The notes under the pieces were generated by a model. The model was not told the DNA's origin and searched no databases. It was given only the letters and a program-made list of their open reading frames with translations. 60,646 bases of DNA, taken from positions 1 through 60,646 of the forward strand of contig JAGGYQ010000022.1 in NCBI GenBank assembly GCA_021162425.1, given 5' to 3'. Origin of the DNA: Candidatus Aenigmatarchaeota archaeon (GTDB lineage Archaea; Aenigmatarchaeota; Aenigmatarchaeia; QMZP01; QMZT01). This document shows, in pieces, positions 9,532 through 18,919 of the stretch. Both the position numbers and the translations under genes were made by a program. How positions within the stretch are numbered: position 1 is the stretch's first letter; each line of letters opens with the position of its first letter.

Positions 9532-10350
9532 ATGAATAAGCCAAATCATCCTTTCATTTCGATAAGTTCTGACTTGGGCGTCGAGTCAGAAGAGGTCGCC
9601 ATAATGAAGGCTGTTGCCTTGCAAATAAATCCAGATGCCATCATCCTTGATCTTCGCCACAGCATACCGGGATTTAACATAGTGGAAGGAGCATGGACAA
9701 TGGAGGCAGTTCATCTACTGCCTGTTGGATACCATGTATGTGTTGTCGACCCGGGTGTCGGAACCGAAAGAAGAGGTGTGATAATCAAAACCAAGAGAGG
9801 TGATTATCTCTTGGGACCAGATAACGGTGTTCTTATACCCGCGGCTGAGCGATTCCTTGGCGGCATAGAAAAAGTCGTGGAAATTAAGAACGAAAAATAT
9901 ATGAGGAAACCTGTTTCCCCTGTTTTTCATGGAAGGGATGTCTTTACACCGGCAGCCGCATGGTTGAGCAGAGGCACCCCTATTGAGGAATTCGGTCCTG
10001 AAATTGACCATAAAAAACTTGTAGGTGCTCCTTACACAGAGGGCGACGTGATGAATAAAAGAGTGAAAGCTCAGGTTATTCACATAAACAGGTTTGGAAC
10101 AATATTCATAAATATAAAGTATGACAATTTTGTGAAATCAGGCATAAAATACGGAGACAGGATAACGGTAGAGGTCAACAAAAGAAAGATAAAAACAAAA
10201 TTCTTGAAGACATTCGGCGAAGTTCCCATAGGCGAACCGCTTGTCATACCCGATGACTTCGGACGAATAGAAATAGCGATGAACCAGGATAATTTCTCGG
10301 AAAAATACAAAGTAAAACTCCTCGATACCGTGAAAATAAAAAAGATGTGA
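9532..10350 (+). CDS. SAM hydroxide adenosyltransferase-like protein (DUF62 family)
   Basis: 'VVDPGVGTERR' and 'GPDNGVL' motifs. The ATG at 9532 (MNKPNHPF) avoids overlap with the Nudix gene. Confidence 0.8.
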   Translation: MNKPNHPFISISSDLGVESEEVAIMKAVALQINPDAIILDLRHSIPGFNIVEGAWTMEAVHLLPVGYHVCVVDPGVGTERRGVIIKTKRGDYLLGPDNGVLIPAAERFLGGIEKVVEIKNEKYMRKPVSPVFHGRDVFTPAAAWLSRGTPIEEFGPEIDHKKLVGAPYTEGDVMNKRVKAQVIHINRFGTIFINIKYDNFVKSGIKYGDRITVEVNKRKIKTKFLKTFGEVPIGEPLVIPDDFGRIEIAMNQDNFSEKYKVKLLDTVKIKKM

Positions 10351-10356
10351 TAGAGA

Positions 10357-10911
10357 ATGAAAAATTTAGGAATTCTCAAAAGAGGAAATGTGTGCTTAAT
10401 TATAATTGATGTGCAGGAAAGGTTTAGACCTGTCATTTTCGAGATGGACAGGGTCATTGAAAATACGGTAAAACTTGCCAAAGCATTTAACATTTTTGGC
10501 ATACCTATTATTGTCACAGAGCAAAATCCTGAAAAACTTGGGAAGACGGTTGATGAGATAAGATGGTCGCTCCTTGAATACAGACCAATCGAAAAACTTC
10601 ATTTCTCATGTTTTGGTAAAGAGGAATTTGTAAAAGCACTCAAAAAACACGATGTGACTCAACTGGTTCTCTGCGGGATAGAGTCTCATGTGTGCGTTCT
10701 TAAGACAGCAATAGACGCCATAAGAGCGGGGTATGAGGTTCACGTAGCCTACGATGCAATATCCTCTCGCAACATAGCGGATTGGGAGATTGCAAAAAAT
10801 CGCTTTGTTCAATCAGGTGCGTACGTAACGACAGCAGAATCAATAATCTTTCAGCTGATGGAGTTTGCGGGCACAGAAGAGTTCAGAAAGATAATGGACA
10901 TTGTGAAGTAG
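10357..10911 (+). CDS. isochorismatase-family cysteine hydrolase
   Basis: 'LIIIDVQERF', 'IVTEQNP' and 'LVLCGIESHVCVLKTA', which contains the catalytic Cys motif. Confidence 0.8.
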   Translation: MKNLGILKRGNVCLIIIDVQERFRPVIFEMDRVIENTVKLAKAFNIFGIPIIVTEQNPEKLGKTVDEIRWSLLEYRPIEKLHFSCFGKEEFVKALKKHDVTQLVLCGIESHVCVLKTAIDAIRAGYEVHVAYDAISSRNIADWEIAKNRFVQSGAYVTTAESIIFQLMEFAGTEEFRKIMDIVK

Positions 10912-10998
10912 TCATCATATTGCAAAATTTTAACGATTGTCGAATGAAATTATATAAATGGGTGTAAGAAATAGAAAATAATATTCAATGGTGTTCTT

Positions 10999-11571
10999 AT
11001 GAAGGATATTTTTGAAATCAGAATCCATGGTCGTGGGGGTCAGGGAGCAAAAACCGCGGCACAGCTTATAGTCGAAAGTGCTCTGGTCAAAGGTAAACAT
11101 ATTCAGGCATTCCCTGAATACGGACCCGAGCGTTCGGGTGCACCCATGGTTACATTTGCCCGCATATCCGATAAACCTATACGGACATATCAGCCTGTTA
11201 CAAATCCGGATGTTGTTATGGTGATAGACCCGACACTTCTGGACATAGTTGACGTAACAAAGGGTCTTGATGAGCAAAATGGCGTTTTAATAGTCAACAC
11301 GCCGAAAAGCCCTGAAAAAATAAAAGAAAAAACAGGTTTCAAGGGAAGGACATGCACAGTTGATGCGACAGGAATATCAATAGATTTGCTCGGTGTTAAC
11401 ATGCCCAACACACCGATTTTGGGTGCTCTTATAAAGGCAACAGAGATACTCGAGATAAAGGACATTGAAGAGAAGATAAGGGAGAGATTCCTCAAAAAAA
11501 TTGGCGAGGAAAAAACCAACGCGAATATCCAATGTGTGAGGCGCGCGTATAACGAGGTTAAGGAGTCGTGA
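10999..11571 (+). CDS. porG: pyruvate/2-oxoacid:ferredoxin oxidoreductase, gamma subunit
   Basis: 'HGRGGQGAKTAAQLI' and the gamma-delta-alpha-beta gene order. Confidence 0.9.
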   Translation: MKDIFEIRIHGRGGQGAKTAAQLIVESALVKGKHIQAFPEYGPERSGAPMVTFARISDKPIRTYQPVTNPDVVMVIDPTLLDIVDVTKGLDEQNGVLIVNTPKSPEKIKEKTGFKGRTCTVDATGISIDLLGVNMPNTPILGALIKATEILEIKDIEEKIRERFLKKIGEEKTNANIQCVRRAYNEVKES

Positions 11572-11574
11572 AAG

Positions 11575-11904
11575 ATGGATAAGTATCCTGAATTCCCGAA
11601 GGAGAAACACGTAAAAAAGAAGGCTGGATGGAAAGAGATTCCGATAGGCGGTATGATAACGAAGGCGGGCTCTTCGCTTCTCAACAAAACAGGGACATGG
11701 AGAGCATTTCGTCCTATAAAAGATGATTCAAAATGTATCCATTGCTTTATGTGTTATGTTCACTGTCCTGAAAACGCAATTCGTTCAGACGGAGAAAAAG
11801 TTAAAGATATAGACCTTGACTACTGCAAAGGTTGCGGCATATGCGCCAGAATTTGCCCTGTGAAGGCGATAACAATGAAAGAGGAGGCTGAATTCAATGA
11901 ATGA
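11575..11904 (+). CDS. porD: pyruvate/2-oxoacid:ferredoxin oxidoreductase, delta subunit (2x[4Fe-4S])
   Basis: Two CxxCxxCxxxCP motifs: CIHCFMCYVHCP and CKGCGICARICP. Confidence 0.9.
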   Translation: MDKYPEFPKEKHVKKKAGWKEIPIGGMITKAGSSLLNKTGTWRAFRPIKDDSKCIHCFMCYVHCPENAIRSDGEKVKDIDLDYCKGCGICARICPVKAITMKEEAEFNE

Positions 11905-13069
11905 GAAGAAAATCCTCCCGCTTACAGGGGCTTATGCTGCAGCAGAGGCTATGCGCCAGATAAATCCTGATGTCGTTGCTGCCTATCCCATCACGCCGCA
12001 AACGCCTATAGTTGAAAGGTTTGCACAGTTTGTTGCCGATGGAATTGTTGATACAGAGATGATAAGGGTTGAAAGCGAGCATTCGGCGATGTCGGCTTGC
12101 GTTGGGGCATCAGCAGCAGGCGCGCGCGTTATGACAGCTACTTCGTCCGCAGGTCTTGCCCTTATGTGGGAAGTTCTTGGCGTTGCGTCTGGTCTCCGCC
12201 TGCCTATAGTTATGAATATCGCCAATCGAGCGCTTTCTGCCCCTATAAATATTCACTGTGACCATTCGGATTCGATGGGCGCGCGCGATTTATCTTGGAT
12301 TCAGATATATTCCGAAAATGCCCAGGAAGTCTACGAACATAATCTCCTCGCGATTCGTTTGGCTGAACACAAAGATGTTTTACTCCCTGTTATGGTATGT
12401 CAGGATGGATTCATAACGTCGCATGGCGTGGAAAATGTCGGGATTTTCCCTGACGACATCGTTAGGAATTTTGTTGGTGAATATGAGCCCGAAAAATTCC
12501 TTCTCAACATAAACGACCCTGTCACGTTTGGTCCGCTTGAACTTACCGATTACTATTTCGAAACAAAAAGGCAGCAGGAGGAAGCGATGGATAAGGCGAG
12601 AAAAATCTTCCTTGAAATTGGAAAGGAATTGAGTAGAATCACGGGAAGGGAATACGGATATTTTGAGGCGTATGAAACGAAAGATGCGGATGTAATTATC
12701 GTTGTCATGAATTCGACTGCCGGGACCGCGAAAGTTGTGGTAGACAGAATGAGAGCAGATGGAAAAAAGGTCGGTGTCCTGAAAATACGCCTGTTCAGAC
12801 CGTTCCCGTACGAGGAGATAGCGGATGTGTTGAAAAACGCGAAGGTGATAGGAGTTCTTGACCGCTCGATGTCTTTCGGCGCGAATGCCCCTATCTACTC
12901 GGAAATCAAAAACTCACTTTATGACAGCGAAAGGAAGCCAAAACTCCAGAGCTACATATTTGGTCTCGGGGGGAGGGAGATATACGAGCGGGATATAGAG
13001 AAGGTCTTCGAGGAATTGCTTGAAGGGAAAGTTTCGAATAAAAAGAAATATGTGGGGCTGAGAGAATGA
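11897..13069 (+). CDS. porA: pyruvate/2-oxoacid:ferredoxin oxidoreductase, alpha subunit
   Basis: 'LTGAYAAAEAMRQINPDVVAAYPITPQTPIVE' is a typical alpha N-terminus. Overlaps both neighbouring subunit genes. Confidence 0.9.
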   Translation: MNEKKILPLTGAYAAAEAMRQINPDVVAAYPITPQTPIVERFAQFVADGIVDTEMIRVESEHSAMSACVGASAAGARVMTATSSAGLALMWEVLGVASGLRLPIVMNIANRALSAPINIHCDHSDSMGARDLSWIQIYSENAQEVYEHNLLAIRLAEHKDVLLPVMVCQDGFITSHGVENVGIFPDDIVRNFVGEYEPEKFLLNINDPVTFGPLELTDYYFETKRQQEEAMDKARKIFLEIGKELSRITGREYGYFEAYETKDADVIIVVMNSTAGTAKVVVDRMRADGKKVGVLKIRLFRPFPYEEIADVLKNAKVIGVLDRSMSFGANAPIYSEIKNSLYDSERKPKLQSYIFGLGGREIYERDIEKVFEELLEGKVSNKKKYVGLRE

Positions 13070-13986
13070 TGCTGAAAGAATTCGCCAAAAAGCCGAGAAG
13101 GTTTGTCCCAGGTCACCGCTCATGCGCGGGCTGTCCGATGCCTGTAATTGTTAGGACGGTTTTGGCAGCTGCGGATGATCCTGTTGTGGTTGCGAACGCC
13201 ACGGGCTGCCTGGAAGTCACGTCCACGATTTACCCATTCTCCTCTTGGAACATCCCATGGATTCACAATGCTTTCGAAAATGCGGCTGCCACAATATCGG
13301 GCGTGGAAACCGCTTACCGCTCATGGAAGAAGAAAGGGAAAATTAAGGAAAATATAAAATTCCTTGCCTTTGGTGGAGACGGCGGGACGTATGACATAGG
13401 ATTACAATCGCTCTCTGGCGCTCTCGAGCGAGGGCATGATTTCGTTTATGTGTGCTATGACAACGAGGGCTACATGAACACAGGTAACCAGCGGTCAGGC
13501 GCAACGCCTTTCGGGGCGCACACCACCACCGCTCCTGCGGGGAAGGTTCATAAAGGTAAAGAAGAGTTCCCAAAAAATCTCACAGAGATAGCTGTCGCTC
13601 ACAATATTCCGTATGTTGCGCAGGCATCCGTGAGCAATATAATTGACCTATACAACAAGGCGAAAAAAGCCTTCGAAATCAAAGGCCCTGCTGTCCTTGT
13701 TGTTTTCTCGCCATGCACCGCATTGTGGAAGATAAGGACGGACATGGCAATAGAAGTCGCGAAGCTCGCTGTCGAAACGAGATTCTGGCCGTTGTACGAG
13801 GTTGAAAATGGAAAATACAAGATAAATTACAAACCGAGCAAACATGTTCCTGTTGAAGAATTTTTGAAGACACAGGGAAGATTCAAACACTTATTTAAAC
13901 CGGAGAATAAACATTTGATTGAGAAAATACAAAAACATATAGACGAAGGCTGGGAGAGATTATTAAAAAAAGAAAGTGAGGGGTGA
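13066..13986 (+). CDS. porB: pyruvate/2-oxoacid:ferredoxin oxidoreductase, beta subunit (TPP-binding)
   Basis: 'GHRSCAGCP' and 'FGGDGGTYDIGLQSL...YDNEGYMNTGNQ' TPP motif. Confidence 0.9.
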   Translation: MMLKEFAKKPRRFVPGHRSCAGCPMPVIVRTVLAAADDPVVVANATGCLEVTSTIYPFSSWNIPWIHNAFENAAATISGVETAYRSWKKKGKIKENIKFLAFGGDGGTYDIGLQSLSGALERGHDFVYVCYDNEGYMNTGNQRSGATPFGAHTTTAPAGKVHKGKEEFPKNLTEIAVAHNIPYVAQASVSNIIDLYNKAKKAFEIKGPAVLVVFSPCTALWKIRTDMAIEVAKLAVETRFWPLYEVENGKYKINYKPSKHVPVEEFLKTQGRFKHLFKPENKHLIEKIQKHIDEGWERLLKKESEG

Positions 13987-13990
13987 TAAG

Positions 13991-14188
13991 ATGGCATTTA
14001 AGATAACACACAATAGAGATGCATGCATCGGTTGTGGTGCATGTGCAGCGGTATGTCCGGACAACTGGAAAATGTCTGACGACGGAAAGAGCGACCCGGT
14101 AAAGACAGAACTCGAAGAAATCGGTTGCAATAAGGAAGCGGCTGATTCATGTCCGGTTCAGTGTATAAAAATAGAAGAAATTAAATAA
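13991..14188 (+). CDS. small [4Fe-4S] ferredoxin
   Basis: 'CIGCGACAAVCP' plus a distal 'CP' motif. Sits directly after por. The ATG at 13991 follows GAGGGGTGA. Confidence 0.8.
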   Translation: MAFKITHNRDACIGCGACAAVCPDNWKMSDDGKSDPVKTELEEIGCNKEAADSCPVQCIKIEEIK

Positions 14189-14190
14189 AT

Positions 14191-16416
14191 TCAACAGGAT
14201 ACCTTTCGGGAAGAGGGTCTATTTTCAGAAAGCCATGCCAATTCCTTCAGCAATAATCTAACATCCTCTAAACACGGGATGTTGAATTTGGCCTGGGAAG
14301 GTTTAAGTTTGACCTTTACAGAGTATGCATGCTCAGGCAACATAGAGAAAACATCTTCATCTGTCCAGTCATCACCTATAGCAAAAATAAAGTCCCATTT
14401 TTTCTTATGTACCCATCTTAACGCGGCGCGTCCTTTGTTTATTCCTGTGCTCTTAATCTCGATTACTTTGTTCCCCTCCAAAACACCAAGATTCAGGTTT
14501 GCGGTTAGACTCAAGAGTGCATCTTTAAGTTCATTTGCTCTTACATTAGCCAATTCAGGGTCAGCCCTGCGATAATGCCACACAATGGAAAATTCCTTCT
14601 CCTCAATGAAAGAGCCCGGTGTTCTGTCTGTATACAGCTCAAGAAATGGCTTAATCTTATCTTTCCAATCGTTTCTCAAAGGTTCTACAATGTCCCATGA
14701 TTTCCCGTCTTTAATCCATATACCATGCTCTGCTATCAATCCTATGTTCAAGCTGCCGAACCACTTTTCCAGGGTGTGTCTATCCCTGCCACTTATGATG
14801 ACAACCTCATTTTCAGGCGCAATAGAAAGTTTTTTGAGTATTTCTAACAGAGCATTATCTGGCTTTGCCTTTGTTGGTTTTTCTGCAAAAGGAACAAGGG
14901 TGCCGTCGTAATCCAGCAAAAATAGTCGTTTTTTGCTTCGGATATAGTCATTTATCATGTCTCTTTTGACCTCGTATGTGAGTTTTCTTGCTGATAGCTC
15001 ATTTTGAAGTTTTTTTATGCTGGAAAGACTGTCCATGAAATCCTTTGCCCAGCGTGTTACATTGTATCTTTTTAGCCTTTTTTGCATGGTTATATTGCGC
15101 TCTATCTGCTCTTGTTCGGGCATGGATAGAGCTTCTTTTAATCCGTTTGCCACCTCTTCTTTGTTGTTAGGATTTACTATAATTGCCTCGCCGAGTTCTT
15201 TTGCTGCCCCTGCCATTTCGCTGATAACTAAGACGCCTCTTCCATTAACTTTTGTTGTGATGAATTCTTTGGCTATGAGGTTCATACCATCTCTCAACGG
15301 GGTTATGAGGGCGACGTCCGCAGCAACATAAAATGCGGAAAGCATGGGGAAAGGCAGAGAGCGATACAAATACCATACAGGCATCCAGTCTATTGTCCCG
15401 TATTTCCCGTTGATTCTCCCAACAAGTTCATCCACTCGCTTCTTAAGCGTTACATAATGACTTACTTTTATGCGCGAGGGTGCTGTCACAAGAACAAAAA
15501 CCACATTTCCTCTGTATTCAGGATTTTTTTCCAAGAAAAGATCAAATGATTCCAGTCGCTGGAGTATGCCCTTTGTATAGTCGAGTCTGTCAATAGATAG
15601 AATAATTTTACGTTTTCCTATTTTTTTACGTATCTTGGATATTTCTTTTTTGACCTGCGGGTTGTTTGAAGCATTCGCGAATTTGGTATGGTCTATTCCC
15701 ATGGGGAATGCATCTGCCTTCAGCACACGGTTGCCTGTGTGTATCTGGCCAAATGAGCATTCGTAACCCATCAGGCGGCGGACGCTGTCAAGAAAATTGC
15801 GGACATATTCATATGTATGAAACCCAATGAGGTCTGCCCCCAAAAGCCCTTCGATTATTTCCTTACGCCACGGTAGCAGGCGAAAAACCTCAAAAGAGGG
15901 AAAAGGTATGTGAAGGAAAAATCCTATTTTAATATCTGGGAGTTTTTGTCTTATCAATCTTGGCAGTAGCATTAAATGATAGTCGTGAATCCATATAATA
16001 TCGTTTGGTTTTGCAAATTTGGTTATGGTCTCGGAGAAAGTTTCGTTGACCTTTCTGTAACTCTTCCATAGACTCCTATCATACACAGCGTATTGGGTGA
16101 AATAATGAAACAGAGGCCATATAGTTTTGTTACAAAATCCATGGTAATAATTTTCGACATCCTGTCTCGACAAGAATACAGGACAGCAGTTTTCGTGCAT
16201 TAGCACCTCTTCCACGCGCCTTCTCTCTTTGTCTATCTTTTCAATGGTAATTCCGGGCCAGCCTATCCATAAACTATCCCATGACTTATAAAACGAGCCA
16301 ACACCAGTAGCCAAACCACCTATACTTTGAACAAACTGCATCCCATCTTTCTTTTTTATGACCTTGACAGGCAGCCTGTTCGAGACTATCAATAACCTAT
16401 CCATAGAGGTCTCCAT
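14191..16416 (-). CDS. bifunctional trehalose-6-phosphate synthase / trehalose-6-phosphate phosphatase fusion
   Basis: GT20 motifs 'LIVSNRLPV' and 'GFFLHIPFPS'. C-terminal HAD 'FLLDYDGTLVP' and 'GDDWTDEDVF'. The first ATG is at 16416. Confidence 0.9.
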   Translation of the reverse strand: METSMDRLLIVSNRLPVKVIKKKDGMQFVQSIGGLATGVGSFYKSWDSLWIGWPGITIEKIDKERRRVEEVLMHENCCPVFLSRQDVENYYHGFCNKTIWPLFHYFTQYAVYDRSLWKSYRKVNETFSETITKFAKPNDIIWIHDYHLMLLPRLIRQKLPDIKIGFFLHIPFPSFEVFRLLPWRKEIIEGLLGADLIGFHTYEYVRNFLDSVRRLMGYECSFGQIHTGNRVLKADAFPMGIDHTKFANASNNPQVKKEISKIRKKIGKRKIILSIDRLDYTKGILQRLESFDLFLEKNPEYRGNVVFVLVTAPSRIKVSHYVTLKKRVDELVGRINGKYGTIDWMPVWYLYRSLPFPMLSAFYVAADVALITPLRDGMNLIAKEFITTKVNGRGVLVISEMAGAAKELGEAIIVNPNNKEEVANGLKEALSMPEQEQIERNITMQKRLKRYNVTRWAKDFMDSLSSIKKLQNELSARKLTYEVKRDMINDYIRSKKRLFLLDYDGTLVPFAEKPTKAKPDNALLEILKKLSIAPENEVVIISGRDRHTLEKWFGSLNIGLIAEHGIWIKDGKSWDIVEPLRNDWKDKIKPFLELYTDRTPGSFIEEKEFSIVWHYRRADPELANVRANELKDALLSLTANLNLGVLEGNKVIEIKSTGINKGRAALRWVHKKKWDFIFAIGDDWTDEDVFSMLPEHAYSVKVKLKPSQAKFNIPCLEDVRLLLKELAWLSENRPSSRKVSC

Positions 16417-16547
16417 CACGTTGAGTAATTATGGATTAAATTTTGGAGTTAAATAGATTTCGGTGCAGATTGTTTAAACCAATTGGATTATAAAATTTAT
16501 CAAAAACACAGACAGACTAAACTTTTATAGACAGGTCCACTAAAAAC

Positions 16548-16805
16548 CTATGCTGCATAAAGAGCCAAAATCGCTAACGTTACAAAGATTATTGCTAATG
16601 ACCAAGACAATGGATTGCTGCAAATTTTTGATTGTCTTGTCTTATCTCTTGAAATTATGTAGACTATGTAAACCCAAAGAGGCCCGTATTGAGAAATAAA
16701 ATCGAGTTGCACGTGAAGAATGTTTTTTGATATAATTGTCAGCACCAAAATGCAAATCACGGCTATCAGGGATATTTTTACTTCATTCGATAGTTTCATA
16801 ATCAT
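16548..16805 (-). CDS. small membrane protein, hypothetical
   Basis: 85-aa ORF with three hydrophobic segments. No motif recognised. Confidence 0.4.
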   Translation of the reverse strand: MIMKLSNEVKISLIAVICILVLTIISKNILHVQLDFISQYGPLWVYIVYIISRDKTRQSKICSNPLSWSLAIIFVTLAILALYAA

Positions 16806-16822
16806 TAGTATATATTGTTTTT

Positions 16823-17002
16823 TTATTTATTTTCGATTGATAGGGCTTCGTAATATCGCCACATTGCAGGCTTCCGACTCTTTTTCACCGGGAATTCTAC
16901 ATCTTTGTCAACGAGCTTGAACACACCGCCATTTTCGCATTGAAAATTCATGGTAGCTATGTCGTACGCTTTCCTGCATTCAGAACATCGAAATTCAGGC
17001 AT
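16823..17002 (-). pseudogene. remnant of the threonine synthase N-terminus (zinc ribbon + WRY motif), or a stand-alone derivative
   Basis: 'FRCSECRKAYD...FQCENGGVFKLV...MWRYYEAL' matches the archaeal ThrC N-terminal pattern CxxC..YD..CxCGG...WRYxE.LP. The ORF stops right after it, and no PLP domain follows. Confidence 0.45.
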
Positions 17003-17084
17003 ATGATAAGTTTTCAATTATCTATTTAAATCTAAATGTCATAGTTAATGATTACTCTACAGTAGCAATTTACGAAGGTGAAAC

Positions 17085-17792
17085 ATGGAAGTGATTCTGA
17101 AATCAATGGCAGACGTGGAAAACGTGAAGAAGAAAATTACAGAGTTGTGTCAGCTGCCATCATATAAAGAAGCCAAAGCCCTGTTCAACTATTATCAAAA
17201 TCATTGGTTCAATATGCTCCAATACAGCGATGAGGCGATATGCCCATTTGATTGCTGGTTCAAGTTTTGCAACGAGAATGATATATACAATGTTTACAAC
17301 ATCGAATTTGTCAACGCTTTGGCAGACGAAATCAAAAAATTAAACCTTGCGCCCGTGGCAGAAATATGTGCCGGTAACGGAAAATTATCATATCATTTGA
17401 GAGAAAGGGGAATCGATATTATAGCAACTGACGACTACTCCTTCACATTTATAGAAAGGGATGAAAAATTAGTTGAGAGGCTCTCCCACCGCGAAACATT
17501 GGAAAAATACAAACCTCGTATAGTGGTGGCTGCGTGGATACCTTTCGGCTCTGAAATAGAGCTTGAAATCCTTAAAAACCCACATGTGAAACACCTTATA
17601 GTCATAGGCGACAGGAAATGCTGTGGTTCCCAGGCGTGTTATAAAAGTTTAAGAAATCTCGCAAAACCCAGACTGCTTAAAGACGTGACTCAATATTCTC
17701 TGTGCAGAAGTGATGATAGTGAAACAGTTGAATCTATTGAAAAAAGACGCTCCCGTGTTGAAATTTTTGATAAAATTGCTTCATCTTCCTGA
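17085..17792 (+). CDS. hypothetical protein with a class I SAM-methyltransferase-like motif
   Basis: 'VAEICAGNGKLSYHLRERGIDIIATDD' resembles motif I plus the acidic loop. A GAAGGTG Shine-Dalgarno sequence lies upstream of the ATG. Confidence 0.5.
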   Translation: MEVILKSMADVENVKKKITELCQLPSYKEAKALFNYYQNHWFNMLQYSDEAICPFDCWFKFCNENDIYNVYNIEFVNALADEIKKLNLAPVAEICAGNGKLSYHLRERGIDIIATDDYSFTFIERDEKLVERLSHRETLEKYKPRIVVAAWIPFGSEIELEILKNPHVKHLIVIGDRKCCGSQACYKSLRNLAKPRLLKDVTQYSLCRSDDSETVESIEKRRSRVEIFDKIASSS

Positions 17793-17890
17793 TGCAGCCG
17801 CCAATTTGTTGTTTTTTTGCAGAATTTCCAATTCTTTCCTGCACAAATTCCATATTCTCACTTTTAAATCTTTGGTTCGAATATTCTGAA

Positions 17891-18877
17891 ATGACAATTC
17901 AAATACTTCCTCAAGTTGAGAAACAATTGAAGAATGCGCATTACGGTGTATACAATCATTCAGCAGTCCAGATATGCACGTGGACGAAGAAGAGTTTGCA
18001 TAATGAAGGCTTCTGCTATAAGCAGAAATTCTACGGAATCGACTGCCATCGCTGCATGGAGTTCTCACCTGCGGCCGTCTTCTGTCAGCAGAATTGCATA
18101 TTCTGCTGGAGACCCATGGAGTTCATGTCACTTAAAGATATGAAACCAGAGGAGGTAGATGACCCGAAAACGATACATGAAAAGCTACTGGAAGAGAGGA
18201 AAAAACTTCTATCAGGATTTCCCGGTGATGGTAAAACTGATATGAAAAAGTTTAAAGAAGCTTTGATACCGAACCACTTTGCCATTTCACTTTCAGGTGA
18301 GCCTACAATTTATCCTAAACTTCCTGAACTTGTCAAATTCCTTCGAAACCTTCCGCAAACCAAATCCATATTTATCGTAACGAACGCGCAAGAACCGGAG
18401 ATGATGCAAAGGCTTGTCGATGAAGATGGTTTACCCACACAATTATACATTTCCGTTAATGCTCCAAACGAAGAATTGTTCAAAAAGATAAACAGACCTG
18501 CATATAAAAACGCATGGAGTAGATTTTTACGTTCGCTTAAAATTTACAGCAAAATGAAAACAAGAAGGCTTATGAGAATGACCATGATAAAGGGAATGAA
18601 CATGGGCGATTCGCTGATACGTGAGTATGCCAAGATAATAGAGAGGGCAAATCCTCATTTCATAGAAGTCAAAGCATACATGTGGATTGGGTATTCAAGA
18701 AAAAGGTTGAAACAGGAAAACATGCCGCTCCACGAAGAGATAGTCGAATACGCAAAGAAATTGGAAAAACACACACATTTCAAGATAATAGACGAAAAGA
18801 AAGATTCAAGAATCGTGTTGCTTCAGAATCAGAAAGAAAAAATAAACAGGCAGATAACGAAACCTGTCATGCTGTGA
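17891..18877 (+). CDS. taw1: tRNA 4-demethylwyosine synthase (Taw1/TYW1, radical SAM)
   Basis: 'VQICTWTKKSL...FCYKQKFYGI..HRCMEFSP', the radical SAM motif 'CQQNCIFC' and 'SLSGEPT'. The ATG at 17891 gives the canonical N-terminus. Confidence 0.9.
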   Translation: MTIQILPQVEKQLKNAHYGVYNHSAVQICTWTKKSLHNEGFCYKQKFYGIDCHRCMEFSPAAVFCQQNCIFCWRPMEFMSLKDMKPEEVDDPKTIHEKLLEERKKLLSGFPGDGKTDMKKFKEALIPNHFAISLSGEPTIYPKLPELVKFLRNLPQTKSIFIVTNAQEPEMMQRLVDEDGLPTQLYISVNAPNEELFKKINRPAYKNAWSRFLRSLKIYSKMKTRRLMRMTMIKGMNMGDSLIREYAKIIERANPHFIEVKAYMWIGYSRKRLKQENMPLHEEIVEYAKKLEKHTHFKIIDEKKDSRIVLLQNQKEKINRQITKPVML

Positions 18878-18919
18878 AACCATTTAAAACACGAAATCAA
18901 GAATTTTATTGGTGGATTC

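Noticed and set aside
10080-10517. 145-aa minus-strand ORF spanning the DUF62 / isochorismatase junction
   Set aside because: It is antisense to two motif-supported + strand genes, and its hydrophobic low-complexity translation carries no motif.
11190-11687. 165-aa minus-strand ORF inside porG/porD
   Set aside because: It is antisense to a conserved operon and is a shadow ORF.
17781-18068. 95-aa minus-strand ORF, and the 33-codon N-terminal extension (17792-17890) of the Taw1 ORF
   Set aside because: The minus ORF overlaps the conserved Taw1 N-terminus. The extension (MQPPICCFFAEF...) is not part of Taw1 homologs as I know them and begins at the stop of the preceding gene.
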